Origin: Sphagnum compactum
Taxonomy: Eukaryota
Assembly (NCBI GenBank): GCA_965153455.1
Contig: OZ234493.1
Coordinates: forward strand, 12,266,213-12,330,212
Direction of reading: 5' to 3'
Length of the DNA: 64,000 nt
This document shows, in pieces, positions 54,933 through 64,000 of this stretch; position 1 is the first letter of the stretch, and every line of letters begins with the position of its first letter. Under the pieces are notes generated by a model. That model worked only from the letters and a program-made list of their open reading frames with translations, made no database searches and was not told where the DNA came from. The translations under genes and the position numbers were made by a program.

Positions 54933-57900
54933 ATGGAGCGTGACGAAAATGCAGTCATCAGTGATGCTGATGGTACAATGGGTCACGATTCAGGAACGGT
55001 GGATGCTGATCCCGAAGAAACAACGCTAAACCCCTACATTTTAGCACGTAACAGGCGTGTTGCTCAACTCAAACAACGACTTGCAGAAGTTGAAGGAAGC
55101 GCACAAGAATTGTGAGTTCTTCTTAGACTTGTCTTCACATGCATAAATGGAGAGGACCATACAGAATTCAGTAATGGATCGTGCAATCTCCATTGCCTGC
55201 ACTGTATGAAAGAGTTTGGAAGTCCGACTATGTGCGTGAGTTTTGTGTATACGCAAATAGTTTGAACACGCTTCAATAATCTTTGTTCTAGTGTTAGGTT
55301 GTAGCTACTCTCCAAATTCCAATCTATTCTAAACTTTTCATGGGGTTAGGGTTTAGGGTTTGAAATCGATGTGTTCGGTGCTACCATGAAATAGGGTTCT
55401 TGGTGATCATTTACTACATGCATAGCTTAAAATTAGGTTTGTATGCTAGTTAGTGGTCATGTGCTTATTGAGACATTCTTAGTCCAAACTAATTACTCCT
55501 TTGCTGTATTTTGGAAACACTCGGTCACTTGGCAGTCGTCACTTCATGGACTCAGCAACCATGCAAGGGAGGAAGAAGACAAATAAGAAGTCCACCCAAA
55601 AGGTGGTGGATGGGAGAACACTTGGACACCAAAGCAAGAAGAGGAGCACTAGGAATGCTGGAAAACCACATCGTCATGTGGTGGAAGAGGAAGGGTCGTC
55701 GACATCAGCAGCATCTAGTGAACGCGACACTTCATGTAGCAGTGACTACAACTCAAAAGCAGAGGAGTCAGAAGGTTTTGAGCTGCCAGTTGCATCTTCA
55801 GTTATGAAGGAACAGAATAAGGCACCTAGCAAACGGACCCCCACACCAAATGTAATGTACCCCTCCCCCCCCCCATCAAATATTGTTTCTGAGGTCCATT
55901 TTGATGTCAAAGATACTAAAAGTAACAACATTATTGAAGGCACAATATCTGTGAAATTTCTGACTGGTCCTATATGAGCCTTGCTAGTCCGTATTGAGTT
56001 GAAGTTTATTCTAGCAAATGAAACTAAAGCAGAATAAAAACATGTAGGCAAGATCTACAACTTCACAGACAAACAAATTCTGGTAAAATGTTAACAAACA
56101 TTAAAAAGACTCCCCCCCACAGGCTTTGTGACTCAGCCTGACTCTGTGCCCCGAGCTCCCTCCCTCTATGTCTGATGTGTGTTTTTTTCTGCAATCTGGT
56201 ACTATGTGATTTTGTGTCTTTTGTTGCAATTTTGGTGTCTGATTTTGGTAGCCTGGTATGTGATTTTATTTTTTCTGGTGTGCAATTTTGTGTTTTCCTG
56301 CAGTCTGGTGTGTGTGATTTTGTGTTTTTTGATGCAATCTCATGTGTGAATGATTATTTTTTCCAACAATCCAATCATCCAAACGTCATGTTTTTGCTAC
56401 AGTAGTGTATTGTTTCCTTACAGATTCCTTAAAGATTTTCAGAGATCTTTTTTCTGGTTTATTTTTGATAGATGGATTGTTTTGCTAGTGATCTGATCAA
56501 CCACTCTCTTCCTTATCATCTGTGGACTTGGTGCACACCTGTTTTGCATTCACCATCTAGTTTGATATAACACAAACAGAGACAAACAGAACTTTCTTCT
56601 CTTCTTTCTCTTCTGACATCATATCTAAATTGAATGCTGCATTTTATCCCCCTCCAAGATTCCTCAAGAAGCAGTGACATTGGTCTTGACTGTAGATGTA
56701 TTATTGTCAAGATTGTGTTCCAACTGCACAAGCCACACTGTAAAGAGATGTGATGCTCTGTGGGCTTTTGTGCCTCAAGAATGTGAAGAAGTATAATTAA
56801 TGATCCTAGAATTGTCTCCCTGATGAGTTTGCAAATCACTTTTTTCTTTAGGGATTGCGTGCTTGTCTTACGGTCCAAATGCCCCGTTTGTTACAGGAGA
56901 ACTGATATGTGCTTACTGGCTCTTAAACTGCACATTAGAGATAGCCACTTGTAGAACATCTAGTATTGTCTTGTGGGTTTACATGTTACAGCACATAAGC
57001 TCCATAAATTTGGAAATGGAAACATAAAATGGGGCCCAGTTAAAAAGGTAATTGCCAATACTCATTTGTCTGTCTTCAACATTAAGTCTCTCAACTATGA
57101 TAGAAGGCTTAGGCAATAACACCTTAATTCTTCAACTAGCCTCTGTCCGTTTTCAGATAAGGGGGTAATTTATGTTATTTACAGTGTCAATCATAGTAGA
57201 ATGCTGAGTTTTCTCCTTTTGTTCTCGGTCTTGATGTTGGCCATGTATTAAGTGAGTGGAAGGCCAAAGTTCTTTTGTTTGTACAGAAGAGGACTCATGA
57301 TTCCTTACTGGTTCAAACCTCTTCTGATTCTTCTTTGTACAGAGGTTGAGGTTGCTGGTATTAAACATGGTGTAGAAAGGGATGGAGAACTCACAAGCCA
57401 ATGATGGATCCAGTAGGTCTGCATTGGACCACTTCCGTATTCCAGACACATGGGTCTGTGGTGTTGTAGGGGTCTCGGTAGTACACTTTTTCTTGATTTC
57501 CTTTATCAAGATTGGAGATTTTTGCTTGAGCTTGTAATAGTTTCTTTAAATTCAGAGCTTGCAAAGTCTATCACTATTCTTGGAAATTATTGCCTTTATC
57601 CAGAGTGTCTTCAAGCTTTCAGTTAAGATCTAGAATTGTGCCCTTTTTGTTCATCAGAGTTTTTCTTTTGTATCAGGTTTTCTTTCATGTCCAGAAATAC
57701 TCTTATAAATCTCCATGATTTCAGTAATGCAAATATGAAGTGGTTTTCTTTCAGAAATTTGCTGATCATGTTGTGTTCTGTAAAGGGTTAATTAAAGTCT
57801 CTCAACAGGCTTAGAACGTTAAGGCAAAAGCACCTCAAACTTGTTGCCAAAATTTGTTCTGTTTCATATAGAGGTGTCATCTATGTAATCTGTAACACTG

Positions 57901-60900
57901 GTTCCAGTTAAGTGCTATATGATGGTCAAACCTGTAGCTCAGTCTTTGCAAGATCCTAAGAGCATGTAAGAGAAGCTCGAACATTGGAAAAGCTCACCAA
58001 TTCTGTTTTTGATTTAAAACTCTTCGTATGTGCCTAAGTCAAAGAAGTTTGTTGTTCATTTGGTATCTTTGCTAATGAAAAAATTATGGGAGATTTATGG
58101 ATTCAAATGGGAAAATTGAACGTCAAAGGTTCAATCTTGCTGCCACAATAATAGGAGGAAATGGATGGCTGTCCTTCATTCTGCATTTTCTAGATCGTAT
58201 GACTTAGAAAGAAGGTTGTGTAGCCAAGTTTGTAAAACCAGTCCTATGTTATGGAGAAAAGGTCTAGAGAAGGTCCTAAACTTTCTGTTGTGCATCCCAA
58301 AAAGTTCGAAAGTCCAAAGTCAATCCCTTGCTGTTGGTTGGGTTTAGGGAATTTTCTCTTCGTGTGCCCTTCTTCTATAGAAAGATCCTATCTGTCATGA
58401 TTCATCACTGGATTACCTTAGTGATCCATATGTTCTTTCCATAGAACTTTTGGCTGGATACAAAAGAAAATTGGATTTCCTCTATAAAGTTATACCTCAT
58501 GGGAAGGTGTTTTCTGAATTTCTTACCAAAAACTTTGTTGGTTGTCTTCAATGTCATCAGTCTTTATGTGCATGCCTTTTATATGTAGCCCTATTTGTGT
58601 GATTAGGGTTGTTCATGATTGATAAGTTTGCCATACGAATCTCTGTTTTTTTGGAATTTACATGTCTCATGTTGACAATATATGAGCAGACTGTATGTTT
58701 TCCTAGCTTCTACCCATTCCCTATGTATAACTTGTTGTGTGTGTGCTTGAGAAAAGAAAGCAACATCAAAGAAAGCTCGGGTTGAAACCCCACCACTTGT
58801 CGATATGGTGAATGCCACTAGGCTACAAAAGACCACATCGGCAGCAGTACAAAGTCGCAAGCATGGTGGTGACTTTGCAAGGTGCAATAATCAGGCATGT
58901 AAACATGGTGTTGGAAGTTCAGAATGCACATGGAATGCTGGACAATGTGGGCACACAAGACAGTGGAGTTCTTGCCAAGTGTCACAATGTCCTAATTCGA
59001 AGGTAAGATTGAGCCCTGGGCACAAGGGACTTACAAACTGTTGTGCCACTTGTGGAAGGGCTCCAAGCAACATGTATGAATCAACATGGGGTGAAGGAGG
59101 GGGTGTGTGTGATCAGGGGCTATGTCAAAGGGTGCAACCACATTCACCCATGGGCAGGCAAGCACCAGACATGGCCTTGGACAATGAAATAGAAGTAGAT
59201 GCCCAGCCCAAGGTTTTCGCTGAAAGGGGTATGCAACGACGGGCTTCAAAGCGAGCTATAGAATTTGAAGCCCAAGAACGAAAGGAGAAAAGCTTGCTAG
59301 GCCATAAGGTGCAAGTGACAAGGCATGGCAAAATTGATGGTGCATGTGAAGGGAAGGATGCATGGGATGGTGCGATTAGGTCGCTAGCACCTCGGATTTT
59401 GAACATGGCAGTGGTTAGGGTTACAGAACAGGACCCTGTAGACATGGCTAGACTCCGGTTGCAATTGGATGGGAGATTTGAATATGTAGGTGGTGAATTA
59501 AGTGGGGCTGGCTTTAGGGATTGTGTAAGGCGATATATGAAAGGAGAAAGAGCACGCTTAAAAAGAAGGTATGCACAGAAAGGTGCCAAAGCCTGCCCAC
59601 TTGAAGTGGACCGAGAACAATGGGAGAAATTAGTGACATATTGGCAACAACGTGAGACCAAGAATAAAAGTGAACACATGGTTGGTGCAAGAGGGGCAGT
59701 TGCAAATGTAAGCCACCTTGGGCGTGGTGGTAAGGCAGCTATAGAAGCAAAATTGGCAAGTTAACCCTAAAACCCTACTCCGTTGTGATGGCCAAATGGA
59801 AATTACAATATGTTGAAGTTATTATGCACTCACATGCCACATACAATGCTAAGCACTGAATGATGTCTGAAATGGGTGAATGCAGAAATCCAGGCATCGC
59901 CGAAGCCCATCAATATCTGAGATGGCTGCTGTGGGACTAGAATCTAGTGGCACACCTGGGTACCCAGTGAGTTTTCCTAGCTGTTTCATTTGTCTTTCCC
60001 TATCCTTTCCCTTTCTGTCTTGGTTATGGTTGATTGAGGGGATGTGATTAGCACTGGTATTGCATGGCCTACCTCAACCAGAAAGTCTGCTAAAACAGTA
60101 CCATCATCAGTAGAAGCTGGTGTAGCCTTTCCAAACAGCTTACCAAGTGACATCCCCTCACTGCTTTTACTAGTATCTGTCTTGGAAATGATATCATCAG
60201 GTACTGTGTCACCTGTGGCATAATGACCCTGTGGATTCAAGCTCCATAAGTCTGTTGTTTCATGCAATTGCTTCACACTTAAGCTTCCAGTGGTGGATGA
60301 AGTATCATGTACTGCCTCATTCACAATTTTAAGTATTTCAACATTGGTTTCCTTAGCAGTATCTCTTGAATCAAAATCATCTGCTCCAGTATTCCAGATC
60401 CTTCATTCTGTGTTTTCCTGATATCTCTTAATTCTCCTGTTGGTGCATATGTGGTCTCCAATCTTGCCCAATATGGTATTCTGAATTTTGTTTTTCTTTT
60501 GTTTCTTGTCTTCCCTTGTTTGGTTCTTTTTGTGGCTTCCTGAGGAAGTGTTAGCCTTGCTGTTTCTTCTTCATCGTGAGATTGGAAATTTCTCTATTCT
60601 CATGCTTTTGGAATTGCGATTTAATTTGGTTTAGTTGCATTCTTTTGAGTGTTCTCCTTATACAAAGGTTTAACATATCGGATCTGAATGTTAGAGAGAA
60701 ATTTATAACAAATATTGGTTTTGGTAGGTTGTTTTTAAGTCCCATTATTTCAATACTTTCTGTCAATTCAGTGGAACAACCATTCACCTTGGATATATTT
60801 GGTTGAAATAGTAAGGATAAGTTGAGTTCTGTGTTGTCAATGTAGCAGAAACTTCAGATTTTATCTTCTTGGCTAGATTTCCTCGTAGATAACTTGTTCC

Positions 60901-63405
60901 TCATATTTGGTCAGTTAGTCCTTAAGCAACCATTGGATGCCCACTGAGTATTGATTATGCAATCATTTTAGTTTCACCTCTTCACATATGAGTTCAATAT
61001 CTTTCAGGTGCCTTATGAGGTCTAATGTTTGTTCAATGCTCCCAAGGACTCTATTGGCAGTGGCAAACACTCTAATTCATTCCCCAAGCTTAATTGAACT
61101 TTTAATGGCTTCTCTTCAAAAAAGGTTTCAAATCACACCAGAGGCTAAAGCAGAGATCAAAATTGTTTAAACATCCAGCCAAGAGATCAAATCTGATGCC
61201 CCTGCAACTTTGAAAAGGCTTCAAAGTTGCAGAGGCTGCAGATTTGAACTCTTGGTTAGATTTTAGATTAGACAATTTATTTCTTTGTTTTGGCTAACGT
61301 GTGTATAGATGTTGCATCGATATCCCCTCGGGTACAAATTCTGCGGTCTATTTAGCTAATCTCTTCACATAGGAGCTCCTCTTTCTTTTTTAGGTTTTTC
61401 CTTTTCATTTCTTATTTCATTTTTGATTTCTTTTGTTTTTTTGTTTTTGTGTAAGTGGTGGTTTGTTTTGCAGTACCAGCAGCTATTCAGAGATGATGAT
61501 CAGGTTGATGGCAGCTTTGCACAGAATCAAGGAGACCTGCATTTTGTGTTTTATTATTCTTTCTGGTGCAGCATTTGCTGCAGTTCTTGTTTTGTTGCTT
61601 GCGAAATTAAAAGGTCTTGTGTACATGATCTCCTTGCATTTGAGAATTTTGGAACTTTGGGTCTTTCTGGATGCCCGCTCTAGTGGCTGCTTCTTTTGTA
61701 GAGTTTGGAATATATCATGGTGAGAGATCCTGGTATTCCTTTCCCAGCTCGCGGCACTAGCTTGCAAGTGCCACTCGCCAGCTGAATGAATCGAGCTACT
61801 CATGATTTGCAGCCCGGCTCAATCTGCAACCGCTTGCATTGATTGAACCTCATAGTTTCTGATTTGCTCTAGACTAGATATTCATTTTTATTTCTGCCTT
61901 CATGAATTTGATAGTAATTAGTAAGTGGAATACTTATGTTGTCATTGTAAGGATCTTTTGATGGGTTTATTGGGCAGGCATCACAATCTCCCAATTTGTT
62001 TTCTCGAATGACTGCCATTGAAAAGAAGCTGCCAGAGATGAGTGGCCAAGTTTCCCAAGTTCTTGAAGGGATGGATAAATTGAATGCTAAGGTAGAAGAT
62101 TTCATGCAACAATTGCTAGCATGTCGAGAAGATGGTGTGAATGTGAGAATCCCAAAAACTGTTGCAGCCACTGTAAACATTGAAGAGGTAGATGTTCCTT
62201 CAAGGACTGGATCCCGTGAGATTCTTGGTGTTGCAAAGAGCCTGCATGAGGTTCTTCATTCAGATCATGATGGATGAGGGTCAGGCACAACAGTGGTTGA
62301 GAGTGCCACACAATTAGCTCCAAAAGCCGATCATATCTCTACAGGAAAAGGGGTGGGCCAACAAGTGGATGGTGTTGTCCCTTCACATGTCCCCAACTAT
62401 GTGCTAGTACGAGACGATATCCCCAACTATGTGCTAATAGGAGAGGATATGGGGCAGAATCCTAATATGTCAGGGAAGGACAAAGAAGTTGGAGTAGCTT
62501 GCAAAGGCGGTGACTGTGTAGATGAGAGCAACCGCCAACGCCCACCCTCAAAGGTATGATCTAAGTGCCCAACATGACCAACACATTAAAGTTAGAGTCT
62601 ACGAAATGCTGTGGATTGTTCAATTGTGGGAGTACTCTTGCAGTGTATATCAAATGTGGCATATGTGTGGGATGTTGGGAATTGCACAAACTACATGGCT
62701 AAAATAGGACATAAGTTAGATTGTGGAAGCTAGATTTGTTGTTCTTTCTGTTACAATCTAAAGATTAAGAACATACCCACATTGTTTGGGGTCTAGGTGC
62801 ATACAAGCTTCAAGGGAAATCATTGACATGGTTTCACATTTGTATTCATTGATGGATTTGGTGTGGCAGAAAGTGCAAAAAAAGGCAGCAAGTATGCCAG
62901 CACCTGAAAGAGGTGTGAGCAGTTGGCTACGCTTTAATATTGGTGCAAGGGTGGGGAATGTAGGCAAGGCAACAGGTAAGTTAATACCAACATGCTCTTG
63001 AGTATCAATGATTTATAACTAGGGAACACAAATGCCCTGTTTGACACAATGTTGTAACAAAAATTCCATTTTCCTAAATCGGTTGCTCATGGTAACTTGA
63101 ATGAAGGTTCTTTATTGGTTGATGTGCAGTTTAAAGTAGGGGAAGCAATTGTCTTATGTAACCTTGATGCGGAGGTTGTAGCGAAGGGGCTGATAACAGG
63201 TGTTGGAGGACAAGGATGTGTCCACCATGGGGTGCCAGTCAAGGAGTCATGGTTCCGAGTCCAGTTAAGTGAAATTGTGGCAGGTAAAGGCAACACCTCG
63301 TTGTTGGTGCCAAATGAGAATGATGATCCCCCACAATGTGTGTTAAAGGATGTAATAGGTTCAAGCACTGTATGGGAAGGTCGTCTAATGCGAAAGCATG
63401 CTTAA
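54933..63405 (+). pseudogene. CACTA TnpA/ORF2-like gene (Ptta/Transposase_24-like and Tnp1/Transposase_23-like regions), multi-exon, decayed
   Basis: Approximate exons 54933-55111, 55536-55851, 58752-59755, 59886-59966, 61952-62553, 62870-62975, 63100-63405. Motifs: NPYILARNRRV, CPLEVDREQWEKLVTYW..KSEHM..AR..SHLGRGG, VVAKGLI..HHGVPV..WFRVQL..SLLVPN..LKDVIGSSTVW. In-frame TGA at 62275-62277; some splice phases unresolved. Confidence 0.75.
61143..61295. repeat. About 150-bp imperfect palindrome
   Basis: Core CTGCAACTTTGAA-aaggc-TTCAAAGTTGCAG (61202-61232), extended by CCAAGAG.TCAAATCTG / CAGATTTGA.CTCTTGG and AAATTGT / ACAATTT. Confidence 0.8.
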
Positions 63406-63820
63406 GTTAGGGGCACTATAGGTCGGGAGCTAGTTGATTTTTGAATTATAAAACTGACATATTTTGAGTAGTTATGGCCTTTTTTGGGTGTCAATGATAT
63501 TTTAGACATTGTCAGGTTTAATAGACCTGATAGAGTGATGGATTCCTGGTTGCTGTAATTGGAACAATGGCCATTAAACCCCATTGGATGGAATTTCAAT
63601 GTTATGACAAAGGGTAATTTGTTGGTTAAGTAACTGCAGATTTGTTACATGCAAAATTGCAAATCACAAATCTATGTGTGTAATATTTATTGGTTGATTT
63701 TTCAGCACTAGAGGAATATAATAGAGACCTGATATGTATAATGTACATTAGTAAACTAGGTGTAGGTGTGCTCCTAATGCTAATGTGGCAATGCTTAATG
63801 CTACTAATCCTGATACATCA

Positions 63821-63913
63821 TAACCCTAAACCCTAATCCTAACCCTAAACCCTAACCCTAAAACATATTTAACCTGTATGATGGAAAACCCTAACCCTAA
63901 ACGTAACCCTAAA
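63821..63913. repeat. Short degenerate telomere-like CCCTAAA/CCCTAA array
   Basis: About 10 mixed 6- and 7-mer units in two clusters. Confidence 0.85.
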
Positions 63914-63920
63914 ACATAGG

Positions 63921-63981
63921 TCAGCAGTTGCATATGGAACTCAGCAGTTGCATATGGAACTCACCAGTTGCCTATGCAACT
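63921..63981. repeat. 20-bp tandem subterminal-type repeats (x3)
   Basis: TCAGCAGTTGCATATGGAAC x2 plus TCACCAGTTGCCTATGCAAC; each is an imperfect AGTTGCAT/ATGCAACT palindrome, the same motif as at 35428-35660. Confidence 0.88.
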
Positions 63982-64000
63982 AAATCTAACGGTTGTTGTG

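Noticed and set aside
57000-58300. A long decayed minus-strand reading frame
   Set aside because: Stop density is close to random expectation and no motif was recognised.
63707-63720. CACTA pentamer near the right edge
   Set aside because: Wrong orientation for a right TIR (TAGTG/CAGTG expected) and it lies inside the subterminal repeats; a separate element start is not fully excluded.
63821-63913. True chromosome telomere
   Set aside because: Only about 10 degenerate units, followed by non-telomeric sequence.

Overview
AT-rich land-plant nuclear DNA, most likely a moss such as Sphagnum (inferred from repeat style and a DNA-PKcs homologue, which angiosperms lack). The left half (1-35 kb) holds three intact spliced genes: a Tim44-domain mitoribosomal mL45-like gene (+), a group C bZIP (-) and CFIm25/NUDT21 (-). 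It also has a tRNA-Val(CAC) and decayed hAT, CRE-type non-LTR and PIF/Harbinger remnants. The right half (35410 to beyond 64000) appears to be one giant CACTA/En-Spm element over 28 kb long. It opens with TTA|CACTGCTAGAAA and (A)TGCAACT subterminal repeats, and the same repeats recur at the window's right edge. It retains decayed TnpD-like (-) and TnpA-like (+) genes arranged head-to-head, and carries intron-containing host DNA: a complete UBC (E2) gene, the 5' part of an RHM gene, four N-terminal DNA-PKcs exons with a 46-bp fold-back, a GH3 beta-glucosidase fragment and several unidentified pieces, some inside introns of the element's own genes. The right TIR is outside the window, so the element boundary is inferred. 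All protein assignments come from recognising motifs by eye, without database searches.
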